Origin: Catajapyx aquilonaris | Taxonomy: Eukaryota | Direction of reading: 5' to 3' | Length of the DNA stretch: 49,932 nt | Assembly (NCBI GenBank): GCA_000934665.2 | Contig: KZ538751.1 | Location: forward strand, 1-49,932 | Part shown: piece by piece, positions 1 through 14,139 of the stretch | How positions within the stretch are numbered: the stretch's first letter is position 1 | Layout: the number at the start of each line of letters is the position of its first letter | Translations under genes and position numbers: made by a program | The notes under the pieces: generated by a model | Seen by the model: only the letters and a program-made list of their open reading frames with translations | What the model was told of the DNA's origin: nothing | Database searches by the model: none

Positions 1-1281
1 AGTAAAGGAAATTCGAGCGCGAAACAGCGTCGGGCCCGGTTTCATAGTCGATTAGCTGCTTCCGATCCATTTTCATGGAAGGGAGGTAACTGCACAAGCT
101 TTCTATTTTTTTTTTGTACATACTAAGCTGACAATAAAAGTCAAGGACAGGCCAAGGACTTGGACCTTGGAAATAACAGCAACCGCGAAAAAAAATAAAT
201 AATTGTGCTATTCGATAACAATGGGTTATACGACACGGTTCCTTGTTAGCAGGTTGGCGAATTGCCCTCCGGAATGATTAAGAACTGAAAAGTCGTCTAA
301 TCTTAGGGAATGTCTGAGCCGCGGATTCCGCTTGCCAAGTTTTGAAGCGTGAGAATAATTGCAACTGTTTACACCACGCGATGGTAATTTACTGCATTGC
401 ATCCACATGCATTTATAAAATTGCAAATAAAAAAATTATTTAGGTCGGTGCATAATTTCGATGCACTTTTGGGTGCCGTATACATTCCTCCATTTCCCCG
501 ACCCCAAGCATCGATCAAGAAAAGGAACTCAGGGGGCATTACCATAGCAAATTTTTATTCAGAGGGACCTGCCGCGAAAAAATGTGGGGCCATGATAATT
601 CATATCGTCGGGAGTAAATGAGAGGACTATAGGCACAGGGAGTAGGATGGGTTTGCTGAGGATGGTATGGAGGTGGGAGGGGGGGGGGGAGTAATAGGGT
701 GCCACTCGCTTATTGATCGGAACCCCCAGCTTTAGGAACAGTGAAGAATTGGCCGGAAGAGACGTGGGAGGTTTGGAAATAAAGGAAGACGTGTTTATGG
801 ACTGGAAGGAATAGGCGGCAGATCTTGGGGATGGTCCGCGTAATTACGGGGTGTACCGTTAGGGGGGGTTTTTACAGCCCTGGAGGTGAAAATGTCGAAT
901 TTTGCACACTTCAAGGCTGTAGTTTGATCCTGGGTTTGTAAGTAGGCTAAGTACGGTTTATTTTGAGCCGAGCATATTAATAAAAAGGGCAGGTGGATGT
1001 TTCATAACGTGGCACGTGATTTACATCTGGATTTTCGTCCTTATTTCCTGGCTTGCTCAGTCCACTGCCCTTTGGCTCAAGGACCTCAGCGAAAAAGATT
1101 TCCCAGGAGTGAGAATGAAACCTAGATGAACCGAGTCAAGATTTGCCATTTTGTAGCCTCCCAAACGAGTGGGGCGCGAAGGGTGATGGCGTCACCTTCT
1201 TCTTTTTTTTCTAAGTGGTAATACTGCATGAGAATAGCGCTCCTAATGGCATTGTAAGCGCAGCCATGCAACTCTTTAGCC

Positions 1282-1292
1282 NNNNNNNNNNN
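1282..1292. other. Assembly gap (N run next to a poly-G tract)
   Basis: 11 N. Other ambiguous bases occur at 5265 and 12560-12568. Confidence 0.95.
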
Positions 1293-4200
1293 GGGGGGGG
1301 GGGGGAGTACTGGTATGAAAAATGCAGGCGGAGAAAACCAGTTCTTAGGGCGCCACCAACCTGCTAAGAGATAAGAGAGCCAAAAACCTGCACAATGTAA
1401 CCAGGAATTGAATATTCTAAATAAAAAAAACGCAACAGGTTGGTGAACAGAATTTAGCTCAAATGACGTATATGTTGGATATTAATTTAAGGGTCTATAT
1501 AGCGTGTGTTCGCCGAAACATTTTTTTGCAATCGGAGAACGTAGAGTGTTGCAATGCGCACGGCCTCGGGGAAAATAGTCCCAGTGATTTGAGGGTCTCG
1601 GTACAGCACGGGCATGAATATCTGGGTTGAGATTAAAACAAGTTGTGCCCGGCCACCGAATTTGCGGCCCAGGAGGGAATAGTCTCAGCATACCATTATG
1701 AGTCGGGCTGGTGTGAGTTACGAAGCACAGTGCCTGTTCCATTACAAAACTCCCCGCCAGTGCTTGGAAAACAAGGATGAGTATTATAATGAGAATTGAA
1801 TGGAACAGTCGGATGGTGTCTTGGGGTTCAATTAACAGTGAAAAAAAAAAATTATTTACATGCTAGGTGCGAATTTGATTAGTGGGGAATGAGAGTGTTT
1901 TTAAATGAAGGTGATCCGGATCAATCAGTGGTGTGTCTCTTGAGGGACGTGCGTCTTTATTTCGGCGAACTCACGAACCCTGAGCAGGTTGTCCCGGAGT
2001 GGAAAAGCCTCGTATCGAAGTCATTGACCGGATTGGAAGTGGAGGGGAGCTTGCAACAAAAGCCCCGCGGGACGGTCTGCCAACAGAAGAATGCGAATCC
2101 CCATGGTCGAGGCCAGATAGAGATCGTAATGAGTTAGGACGCAAGCTGAGAGATGCATTCTCTGAAAGAAAAAAAAAATGGCTGTTCGGTATGGTGTTCA
2201 CATCCCGCTAACCGAGACGCGATGGTCACCTCATATGATGTTTGGGTACTAGCATCTGAGTAGCAGAACATCCCTTAGGCGTGATGGAAAGCTGATGTCA
2301 TATTCCCGGTGGAGAATTTTCGGGGGAGCGGCCTGGGAGCGGCCGACTTCATTGGTTGCTGTAGCAACAGGGTTCTTATTCGATTAAAGGCGGGGACGGC
2401 AGCACGGACAGGTACAGAGTAATGCAATCTGTAGGACGAGGCGGTGTATGGGATGGTTTGGCTATGGCTAAATGGACGGAAGTAAACTGGGAGGCTATAG
2501 AGTAGGTGCGGGGTTTGTTGCCAATATGGCGGATGCCCTCCGCTTCTCGACACATTTGGACCTGGGGCTCATCAATCCTGTTGATTTTGGCACGTCCATT
2601 TGTAAGCTGGTGATACCCCCCTTGTCACTTTTCGGCCAGGATTGGAGGTGGCCCAGACTTTGCTTCTGATAATAAACCGGGCGCTGGGGAAATGTTTTCG
2701 GACACCTATCTGTCCCTGAGGACACTGGTGGTACCCAATTTTTTTTTTTTTTTCAACAAGTGGGTACGGTACCGTCGGTATTGAAAAGTAGCACCGTTGT
2801 ATGTTGTTCGACTTGGTTGTTTGCCCAGGCCTGGAGAACACCCGAGGCCGGATAAATGAGCGCAAGCGTGATGGTGTCCTGGTCCGTCCGCAGTTTGGCC
2901 TCGCCGTCCTTTCCCACTAGGGAAATTACGGACGAGTCCCCAGGTTTTATGTGCTTGCACCAAGGCGAAATATGACACCCCGATGCTGGCTGTCCCCCGG
3001 ATCTTTTTGTGCACCGATGGGATGTACTAACGACCTGCCCCGAGAGGATCCGGGGGAAAACCCAACAATATATTTGACACGGTATCAGAATAGGGAAATG
3101 AAGATAGTTTTTTCTTTCTTTCTTGGGAGGCAACAATCGATTCGGTGGGTGGAAGAAAATTAATTTGTGGGGGACTGTACCGCCACCTCCGCCATCTAGC
3201 TGTGAACGATGATTAAACTCGGGGTCGAGACCGCGAGGGTGATTGGCGGGCCGGGAGTGACCTTTCTCGGACCCTTTCAATTTCTTGGGTTTTGGGCGGA
3301 ATGCTGGGAATTCCGGGGGTGTATTAATATCTGGTGGAAAATTTTCCCGGGGGCTGGTTGCCCTCAAAATTGATTTTGATCCGGGGGTATCCATCAACCT
3401 GTGGGGTAGTGCAGCCTGCGTGTCGGGCCAGTAATTTTTTCTCACGGGGAATTGAATTTTGGCCGGCCCTCCCCCCCAGTAATGCATAACTCAAGCGGCT
3501 ACTTGCTTTTTCTATTACCGATATATGGGCTCAAACTGGCAGAAGGCACGCACCGAGAGTTATGGGATGTATGGGGAGGGTGGAGAAAAATATGGGCAAA
3601 TTCGTGGTATCAGTGAAAGCGATGGAATGTGCAATTTACAGCTGGGTGGAAAAACTATTTACTTTTACTATAGTGAAGGGGAAGGATGCGGTTTTACAGG
3701 GTTGTGCAACATGTATGCGGGCCAAGGCTCTGGTGACGTAAGTGGTAGTCCTTCCTATATGGCTTTTGTCTCTGGAAGCGAAAGTCGAGCAATTGCAGCC
3801 TCAAGAATTCTGTCGATTTCCTGTTAATCGCTTGTAAGGAGTGGGGAAAAAACATTGTTTGGTAATTGTTGCCCAGGGGTGGATCATAATTTCGAAGCGA
3901 AAGTTGGGCCCAATTAATATTCCCGCGAGTGATTTGCGGGCTTTGATGATGGCGACGGATGTACTCGACATGAAACTAGGCCCGTCTTTTTCGGGGGTGC
4001 AAGATGTACGGCCGTTTGTCATGGCGGGGGCCTGCAGACGGTTTTATAATTTGGCACGGGTCGAAATTGCAGCTGCATAATTTTTTTTTTTTACTGGGAG
4101 GGATTCCATCTTGGTTTAATTTGGTGCTGGGAGGGGAAAAGACTTGGGAATATGAAACTAGGATTTGGCAAGGTGCAATGGGCGTAAGAAAATGTAGCAA

Positions 4201-5851
4201 GTGCGTTAAAAATTATGCGAGGGCATAAATATTGCGTTGGTTTTATTTGCAGAACCGGTTGACCTTTGTAATCTGGAGGCTCTAATTTCGACACGTCATT
4301 TTTCACACGTGCAGCATAGTTTATAGCTTACCGCGGTACCTAATTAGGGTAGTGTGCAATATACTGATCCTTTAATAGCCAGGATAGGGCTGATGTACTG
4401 GTACAATAACCGAGTAAATTAGTAATTGTGACCATTTTTTTTCACCGGATGCGACAAGTTAAAATTAATGAGGCTACATTGCATGTTTTCTTGATAACCC
4501 AGTTGGAGCGTGTGTATTGGTGCCGAATGTACCGTTGCCACCCCGCATGTTTTACGGAGGATTGCCTTTTGACACCTACTTCGTCGCGAATCATCTCTAA
4601 TAAATTAGCGGATTCCCAACCGAGCGAGGTGTCGGAGCTGTACGACGTACGCATGTGTCAATTGGGACGTGCAACCTGTACAGTTATCAAATCGGATTAG
4701 ACTGTACGTCCTCTGATTATCCTCTTGGAGCTGTGGCACTAAATGGCTACCAGTTCTTGCAGCGTAAATGATGGCGTAAACATGCGCATGTAGGCGGTGA
4801 TGGTCGGCATTGTATCATCCTGTCCCTGCTGTGCCATTAAAATTACTCGGAACCTACGCCGACATGTGTGTGGACCATATATTTATTTAAATACATAGTC
4901 GTAGTATAATGAAATTTCGGTTGCATCAGGCACGTCCGGTGTGTAGGGAGTGGCCATATGGCGACTTATACACCGGTCCATTGCGCGAAAAGGACGTGGG
5001 TTTGTTTACGTCACGTATAGTTTATGCACCGTTGCATAATATTCAGTAGGGTGTGGAAGGCTTACTTATCCGAAACGGTGTAAGTCACCTGTTAAGGGCT
5101 GGGAATTTCAAGGTAAGGTAAAAGCTTTTTGAAAGGTATCTGCGTTGCAAAACACAAGGACATAATATCCGGCCTAGTGAATCACCGTCAGAAATAACGT
5201 TTGCGACTCGACGCACAGTTGGCCAGACGTTAGGGCGTCCCCGGCGTCTCAGGGCGCCCTGAGANTCCCGAAAAAAAAAAACCCTGCATTATTTTCAGGT
5301 GCACAAGAATAGTGTGTGTTCCTTGGCTCATTTTCCAAAAAGTTGGAAGAGCGCGCAATTATGAAAGTTATTTGCGTTTGCTCTCTGGGCGCCTGTATGT
5401 CGCATCGATTTTTTTTTCTTTTTTTCTGGGTGTTTGAGGTAAAAACTATCCGTCTTGGGAGGGCCCGCTGGTTATTACACGCGTCGGAACCAATATCGGT
5501 GGCTGTATAGCATGAGTAACGCATAAAAGTTGAAGCGCTTTTGCTCGCGTGGCCAACCAAAGGCTACGTATTGAATTACCCTAGTCAATAGCAGGCTGCG
5601 GGGAAAAACTACTGCCAGGTTTCACGGCGGGGAGGAGGCCTTTTATGCACGGGTGTTTTCAATTCCGGATGGGTGGGTGGGGGGGGGGGAGGGGGAGGCG
5701 CTGAAATTGGCGCTATGATGGCAACACATTTTATGGTACTGGTTTCAGAGATGGGGAAAACACGCCATCTGCAAAATTTCATGCTGTTCGAATATCCAGT
5801 CTGGTAGATGGCGTTGTGGAAGCCGGTAGAGGGCGCGAGTTGCTGAGAGAC

Positions 5852-6195
5852 ACCATGGCCTCAACCAGCCCCCGGACACTTTCCCTACAATCTTATCGCC
5901 TGCCGGGGCGTTTTGCATGAGGTGCTCACCTGAGAGCGCCATGAGACCTTTCACTGCTGTATTATGTGGCGACCCTACCAGACTACGCTGAACTTTATAG
6001 GTACAAAAGGGAAGCGCTATTGGGTGACCCAACTTGGTCGCCGGCGGCCATGTTGGGCCCGCATGGTCGCCACGTAATACAGCAGTGAAAAGCTATCTCA
6101 TGGCGCTCTCAAGTGAACATCTCGTGCAAAAACGCCCCGGCAGGCGATAAGAGGGAGTGTCCAGACCTTAGTATTCTAAGACCATGGCCTCAACC
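5852..6195. mobile_element. Foldback/MITE-like element with ~85-bp inverted arms, flanked by a 15-bp direct repeat
   Basis: Arm 5891-5974 (tcttatcgcctgccggggcgttttgca...tgtggcgacc) is the imperfect reverse complement of 6065-6152. ACCATGGCCTCAACC occurs at 5852-5866 and 6181-6195. Confidence 0.7.
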
Positions 6196-9100
6196 CAAGA
6201 CCGCAACAAACATTACAATAAAGAAGTATTACTGGCGTGAAACGTAGGATTGAGTACTGGTACGCCTGTGGTAGTAACGCCGCCATTAGCAGTTCCGTGA
6301 TCAATAACAGGCACTTCCAGAGAGCCGTCTCGCCTCTTCCTTCCACGTCTTAACATCCGGTCTTCCCTCCCTCTTCTTCCCTACCGAACAATAATGTTTA
6401 GCAAGAACCCCTAGTAACAAGCTTTAGAAATCAGGAGGGTAGCCTGTGGGCCTCCCTGGAGAAACGTAAACGGGAAGTCACGGGGAAGCACACTTCATTC
6501 ATGATTACGTAATGCATCCCGGAAACATTCACTTACAACGTCAGACTCTTGGGATGCAGCTTGTGCTCCAGGGTTGAGAGGGTGGTGCAGTACACTTGAA
6601 ACCCCCCGAAAAAAAAGGAAGGGAGCCGTGAAAAAGCAATTAGAAATGGCGGGTACGACCAGAGATTTCTGTCAGTGGGAGCGTCTAAGCCTGGGCCCAG
6701 TGGGGGCGCAATCGTGCCAATCCTCTTTGCACTCTATAGTAACGAGATGAGCCTGGGTAGTGTTGAGGCCTGGTGCAGTGTTGTAAATGACTAACTTAAG
6801 GACCACGTTAAGGTGCTGGGTTTTTGGGCAGCCACCGTGTGTTCCTATTTTTTGGGGGGAGGTAATTCAATAATCGAGCTCCCATGTGGCGGTCGGTGTG
6901 TACCATGCGTGAAACAAGTCTTACGGTGCAAATTGATGTGGGAGTTGGACTGACCAATGCGGTGGTCAGTGGAGCAGCAGACATGGGAAATGCGCCCCTG
7001 CAATGCTAATCAGGGTAATAAACAAACAGAGGGAACGGACATTAATCAGATTTTGGGGACGCCATATTCTAGCGTGTGTCGTAGAACAATCTAACGTGAG
7101 GACCAGACTAAAAATGGCGAGTTTGGATCGATCGGGGATTTTACGGTTGCGGTCCGCTTCATGCAGCATGGTATAGACCCGAGTTAATGAGTCGAGGGAT
7201 TCTCACGGCACTATTGAAATGGGGTAGGAATTTTCAGAGAGTGGGGTGTTGGGGGGGATGGGGGTAAAAGATTTATGGCAACAAAGTACTGGAGATAAAT
7301 TCTGAAGGTTCAAGTTTGAGGGAACCAAATCAGCCCCTGGCTGGTCATGCGTCATGAGGACCAGGGACAGTTCGGTAGCCAAGAGGGAGTTCATTGTTGA
7401 GCGTCGGCAAGAGCATCAATTACCAGGGAGGAATGGGGGGAGGTGCAAAAGTTTCTGAAGATGGGCCAAGCAGTTGGCATGCAATGTTTCGTAATCTGAG
7501 TATTATGCAGATTGGAGTTTCCCCTGGAGTTTTTTGGCGGGCGGGTTGGGAATGCGATGGTCCGTGTCTTCTGCCGGTGTAAGTGTAGTTGAAGTTTGAG
7601 AAATCTGGTGTCATTGTTCGACACCTTTTGTGCTATTTTGGAGAGCCGGGATATAGACCTTGGGGGCGGGGAGGTTGCCAAGTGGAACAGGGAATTGTCA
7701 AAACAGTCGGAAGCATGTAAGTGACCCGCATGACAATGTTTGGGGCGGCTTTTTCTGGAATAAGCAAATATGACATAAGTAGGGTGACGCAATATGCCGA
7801 TTACGTCACTAAAAACCAGGAAGTGTCTCCGCGCCTTATGACGAATATCTTTCTAATGTTCAGTCCCATTTAGATTTCCAAGGCCTCCTCGGAATGAACC
7901 GAGTATATACTCCTTTGGAAACGACCCAAGGATGAAAGCTGTGTGCGGAGATCATGGGCATAAATCCTTTGTCAAGGACACTTTTCCTACCCCCCTCTCC
8001 GCCGTTGATTCGTGCGAGGATATCAAGCATGCAAGTGCGCCGCGACACTGACAAATTGTTAAATTATTCCCATCGCGCCTGTTTTATTTTACTTTTTTTG
8101 CACCCCAGACGCGACATTGTCCCGTGGTTTTGCGACAAGACATACATGGCTGAGAGGTGCCGCCCATTTTCAGGCCGTTCGGAGATGATCCGCGGCAGTT
8201 CAGCGTTGCGGAATTCCCATAGAAGACACCGGGAGCAGCCTAATGAGGCGTTACCTTTTTAATGAGATCGGGCGCTAATGGTATAGCCTCTGCAGGCTGG
8301 GTCAGATGAGTGCGTGTAGGCCTGGTCCTTGGTTTAAAGTTGACCCTCTTCGCCGACAGTTCGGCCAAGAACATGGAGCTAATTCATTTTTAAAATGGAT
8401 TGGTACAAACAGTTTCGTGCCGTCCACGCCATCTCTTGGCGGATCTCTTCGGCAATATTAGCTGATATGAAAACATTTGGAGCCGATGTTTTTTGTTTCA
8501 TTGGTGCAAAGCTATTCCGCAATGGGCATCAAATGGCCATCATTGGTACACAACAAGGGGGGTTGGTCGCAAACAAATTGTGTCAAGTGCAAATGGCGAT
8601 GCGAGATACATTTTCCGGCTGTCCGCCGAAATGGGCTGGGGCTCTGGACAAAATGTCCATCATTACTGTCCCGATTCATAGGCGCGTTAGGTGCTTGAAC
8701 AATGAGAGATAGCGGGGGCGTCCCAAAGGCTAGGGGCTTTTTGCGGCGTCAAAATGAACTGTTTTGTTTCGAACCCATGTCGTTTTTCAGGGACGGACCT
8801 CCCCGGTATACTTCCAGCGCTGCATGTTGATTACTGAAATTCTATTTCATCTGCTTGTTACTCCGCGAATGTGGGCCCTCTGCCGCAATCAGTGATAATT
8901 GCTAACCCTAATTTTACACCCATGAAGTCGTTAAGCTGGCCGGTAGCTGATTGGTCCCATGGCTGTTATTTACCACGCACTTTTTTTTTTTGTAGCAATG
9001 TAAGTTACAGGACATAGCAAAAATAGATGGCGAAGAATCGAGGCTCATATGACTGAAAAGTGGACGCTCGCTTCGTTTCATTACAATGCATAATTGAAGC

Positions 9101-12100
9101 CGTAAAGTGGGCATCGCTTCGTCGTGGGATGGCGACGTGAAGGACCGGAATTTCATTATTAATTAGTGCGGAAAAACGCATGTGCTGAATTAGGTTCGGC
9201 GTTTTGGGCGATACTTTTTTTTGAAGGGTGTTAATGTGTTATTTTGTGAGTGATCTTGGGGGTTTTATGTACTTTGGCACAATTGTCCATTTGTTGGTAG
9301 ATGTACCGAGCGTCTGTAAAAATGTCATGAGCGTGATTGTGCTTGACATGGGCTTCAACAATGTTGGTCATTAGAGTAACTTTATGGAGCGTACCCACGT
9401 AACAGTGTGTAATTTTTGAGAATAATTTACATTGATGTGCCAGGCCGGAAAATGCGTAAACAAGTGCGCCGTTACATAATTTAGCGATTTGGTTCGGGTT
9501 TTGAGGTTTCAGATTGGAAACAGGCAAAAATTGGCTATTTGCGCCGTTCTTTTTAAATAGCCAGAGTCCAATCAATATATTACAGCAATAGCCCGGGCGT
9601 GTTTTTGTGTATAAAAAGTGAAGGGCTGTATGGCACGGTGCATGTCTACCGTGAGCCCCATGGCAGTTGGGCTAATTGCAAATACATGCCAGTTGTACAT
9701 TTCCCGTCTACTGCCATTTTCGCCTGAATTTGACGCAGATAATCTGCTATGAAAGTTTTCCCCGTGCATCACGTGCATTTATTGGGGCACCCCAAATTTT
9801 TTTTAGACCCCCCTTGCCATTTGCCCCTCGTGAATACTAATTTAGGAAACTTTTGTGGGTTCTTGTTAATTAGGGCGGTCGTGCGTGTGCATAATTCGGC
9901 GGGAGTTATAAGCCATAGGAGGTGTTGTACAGGGCGTCGTGGCAACGCGGGGCCTTGCATGGCAAGAGGCTGACATCAGCTCAGCCAAATTGGTTGATGA
10001 GACACAATGGACGCTGGGGACATCGGGTCTGGGATGGTGGGGGTCGGCCATTATCTGCGACGTGCCCCGAATTTAATTTCTAGAAGGGTAGGAAAAGAGG
10101 TAGCTGCGGACATGCGATAAGCAAGGGTTTATCACCATTGAGAATAGTAGGTAAATAAAATTATTTATGACTCTTGGTACAGGTTTTTTTTTTTCAGGGG
10201 GGCGGGGGGAGGGTCGTATTTTTTGGAGGGATTTTCTGGGAATTGGGGAAGAGGGAAGTTTGAAAGCTTCTCTGGAGCGATTACCGCTAACTCACTTAAT
10301 TAGGCGCGGATTCTGCCAAGCGGATGGAAGTTTTCGGGGGGTTGTTTGGATGAAGGAACCGTCGTCCCTAAAAGAGGATGTGTTTATCTTTTTCACTAGG
10401 AGAAACCTGAGGGACAAAGTTGGAAAACGTTTTGGACGTGATTGGAGTTAGTTGCAAAGGGGGTGGGAAGGGGGGGGGGGCGTTAAGAAATGTTGTGGCG
10501 TAGCTAAAGGGTTTGCATACGAATGGGCTTGGTCATAACCCTACTATTTTTGGGGACGATATGCAAATTTAGATGGGGAAAAAACAGTCAGAATTTGCAG
10601 TTTCCTCTCACGTTTTTAGTCGCTAGTTGCCAGGTCGGCTTCTTCACTTTTTTTTTTTTATCTGCAAGCTCCGGCATCCTTTTTGTCACACTTTGACGCA
10701 ACCAGACCCTCCCACCCGCTCATTAAGCGGCCTGAATACGATTTATTACAAAGCCCAAGCGTTAGTAAATTTCCATAATGGATGGATTCTCGGCGCGCCT
10801 TTTCTTTTTCGTCTCCAGAGCTTCTAATCGTAATTGAGCCAAGTACAGGAATAATGAACGATGTTAGTCTTTTTTTTTCCGTATCTGCTGCAGCACATTT
10901 TTTTCAGTGGATGGGTATTATAGGCGGGTAAATGAAATTTAGCGACATTTAGCGAACTGCGGATTTAATTTTTGGAGACGATTGTGAAATCGGTTGTTGC
11001 TAATATAGCGTTTGGAGGATGGATGGTTGTCTTTGGTGGCAACGGCTACTCCCAGCGAGTTTGGCGCACCCTGCGAGACCTCATTAGTCAAAAGCATAAA
11101 AATATGCTGGGGTGGTAGTGTTGTCTGGGGCGTGTAGGGGCGAGACTGATGAGCCGTACGGTGGAACAAGCCTCCCTCGCCTATTTAGCCCGCCCCTCCC
11201 TGGCCCCCGAAGAGAATAATGGGGTAGCCCGGAGAGTGCCAAACTCACCTCCCCCCCCCCCCCTTTTTACTAAGAGAAACTGCTTTGTCGCCTTTCTTTG
11301 CGATTTTTGGAAGAGGATTGGATAGTGGGGGGAGTGATGGACACCCGGAGGGGAGCTTTCTAGCTTCTTCACCAAATCATGTCCTAATGGGGATTAGAGA
11401 CTCAGGTGAAGAAAAATATTTCAGAGGGGGGATACTGTAGTGTAATTAGCGTGGGGCAAGGAAAATGTGTGTGTGTGTTTTTTTTCTCTGAGGGAGTTTG
11501 AGGTAATCGGATCAAATGGGTCTGCAGTGGTAAACACCATTGTGGGGGTGGGTTGTCGGTAATCGGATGAGTAATCAAACGCAGTGCAGAGGAAAAGTAG
11601 TGCCCCGTGGGGTTTACACTGCTCTCCGTGTGCCACCTGTGCAAAAGAGATAGCCGGAGCCCAGATAGATTATCGGTTTTTTTGTGCAAGTACCACATGT
11701 TGATTCCAACTAGTATGTTCATATTCTCATCATATTCTACCCCTTGCCCCCGAGGTGGTTTAATTTTCCTTTTGTTATCTTTTTCCAAGGCGGCACTAAT
11801 TGAAGCAATACATCGCTGTTATATCAATAATGTGGTACCGAAGCTGCGGAAGTCGTGCATCTTTGAGGGTCATGCTTGGCGGAGTGGACAAAAAGAGGCC
11901 TCCCATAGTCATGTTTCATGTCTAGTTTAATGGACGAACGCATTGACGCCACGAACTAACTCCGGCTTTCAATTAAGACAGGTTTTGGTTTATTTTTTTT
12001 CGACGCGTTTTGGGCCGCGCCCAGAGTAGCATTGCCCTTCAGATGAACCCGATATCACTGTTATTGCGCTGTATGTACGTCAGAATGCACCTGAAAATAA

Positions 12101-12559
12101 TAATTAATGTCAGGGGGAGATAATGCGTTAAAGTTGGTAGTTTAGTGGCCCGATGATTAGATGCAAATTAAATGCAAATGAGGCCTTTTATAGGGCGAGA
12201 ATAATTTTGTTTATTAGCCGCGGTAAAGACCCTGGCAGCGGTTGCCATGACCGGGGTCGTTATAAGCTGTTTTGCACGTTGGTGTCGTATTTTTTTTAAA
12301 AAAAATTAATGGAGGCGCTGTAATACTGTCCTCTGGGTGCGTCGTGACATTTTGAATTTTTGTGCGCAACATTGTCGTGTTGCCTAACCTTTGGCGCTTA
12401 TTAGGGCTAACTACAGACGCTTAGACTTAGGAGGAATTAATTAGGCGTAATTAGTCGTGGATAGTGAAAGGAGGGGGCGGAGCAGGTTTCGGCAAGGTCG
12501 GTCCCAGCACGAGCTGCGAACAAGTGGAAGGACTTCTGGGGGTCCAAAAGGTGGAGGGG

Positions 12560-12568
12560 NNNNNNNNN
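12560..12568. other. Assembly gap
   Basis: 9 N following a G run. Confidence 0.95.
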
Positions 12569-13795
12569 GATAGGCCATTGAGTCACAGGGACCAGGCCCT
12601 GCTTTTCTTACCAGGGGCCTCCGAGTGATCAGTTATTCATGACTCGTTTGAAGGTTTAATGCGAGGGAGTCATGAATGTTTCATGATTCTCATGGAGCTT
12701 CTTGTTGGGTGGGTATGGGAAGGCGGGGGAGGGCGTCTAACCCCCGACGACCTCTCGCTTTCTTCGGGCGGGTTGGGCGCCCGGGGAAAAGCTGGGGCCA
12801 GGATTGATGCCGACACCGAAATGGGGGCGGCACTTTTCGTGGAGGTCCCTAGATACATGGTTAAGCACAAGTTTGCGGCTAGGAGCTTAGCCACATGACT
12901 TCGCCCCAGGTCCGCTATAGTTCGGGCGATAAAGCGGCAGCCTACGCCATCTGTGATGTACTTCGCCCTAAAACTAGACAGGAGCAACTATTATGAATTT
13001 TAAATATTTTTCTAGGATGTCACAGCATCTCTCAGGTTTGTAGGCCATATTTTTATGATCGCCATCGCACTTAATGTTCGAAATGTAGATGGATTGGATT
13101 TTTTTGGGGGGCTGCTCTGGATTGGCCGAGCGAGTTGGTGTTTGGAGGATTGATAGATCCGACTGCGAGGTCATAAAGGGGAAGTACAGTAGATTGGGCT
13201 ATGGAGCGGAAGGAACATTAAAAGGGCTGCTCGGGTACGATGCACCAGGGAAGCAGAATCGATGCCAGCTTCTGGTAAAAAACTGGTGGAGGCGTCGTCA
13301 GATCCTCGGGAGGGAGACAGTTTGTGAAACTAGAGTCTGTCGATTCGGAGAGCATCACCAAGGCGTCATAAAGCAGCTTTACCGGACACCGTTCTCCAAA
13401 GTGATGGATCGATATTGTAAAGCGGCGGTGGGTTTCCTCGAAGGTCTCTGCTTCTTGATGGATGTGGAAGTGCAAGTTCGGAATTCGCAGCCCGCCTTTG
13501 CAATCCTCGGTCTTTTGTTTGAGGCCGATAACGGAAAGGAGGGAGAAACAGGACCCCGGAGACTGGCAAAAGGATGCCAGCTTCTGCTACACGGGGACTC
13601 CTTCTCTGATGTGGTTCAAGAAGAACGTGACCGGTCCGGGAAGATTACGTTGAAATCGGGCCATAAATTCGCCCAATCCCACCTCGGCGCCGCCTAGACC
13701 ATAAAGTCAAACTTCATACGGCCATTTTCAGGCTCCTTTTTTTTCGGGGGAAAAGCTGAAGACGTAGGCCAACCTGCTGGTAAGTTAACCCGAGT

Positions 13796-14139
13796 TACTT
13801 ACAAGGGAACGTCCAATGTCGGTCGCCTCAGATTTGGTTGAAACTCGCTTGAGGGGTCACTCATGTGCGATAGACACTGTGGTGAAAGTTCTAGATGACA
13901 CTGTCCAGCCGTTTCCGAGATATGAGCGACAGAAACATCCTAATTTTGTCCGCGCGCCGTGCTGGGCCTGCTTCCCGCCCGACGCCTGTATACGCGCCGG
14001 TACGCACAGCCATATCTCGGAAACGGCTGGACAGTGTCATCTAGAACTTTCACCACAGTGTCTATCGCACATGAGTGACCCCTCAAGCGAGTTTCAACCA
14101 AATCGGAGGCGACCGACCTTGGTCGTTCCCTTGTTAGTA
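13796..14139. mobile_element. MITE-like foldback element, copy 1 (129-bp inverted arms, TA at both ends)
   Basis: 13796-13924 matches the reverse complement of 14011-14139 with 4 mismatches. Termini are tacttacaagggaac...gttcccttgttagta. No coding capacity. Confidence 0.85.

Noticed and set aside
2753..3487. 244-aa minus-strand ORF
   Set aside because: Composition reflects homopolymer runs, with no domain or splice support.
5247..5264. 18-bp perfect palindrome TCTCAGGGCGCCCTGAGA
   Set aside because: Directly abuts an N, so it may be an assembly artefact, and it is isolated.
13089..13697. 202-aa ORF, overlapping minus-strand frames and a 14-nt direct repeat (13261 and 13573)
   Set aside because: No recognisable domain or transposase/RT motif. 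It may be a decayed insertion but I cannot support that.
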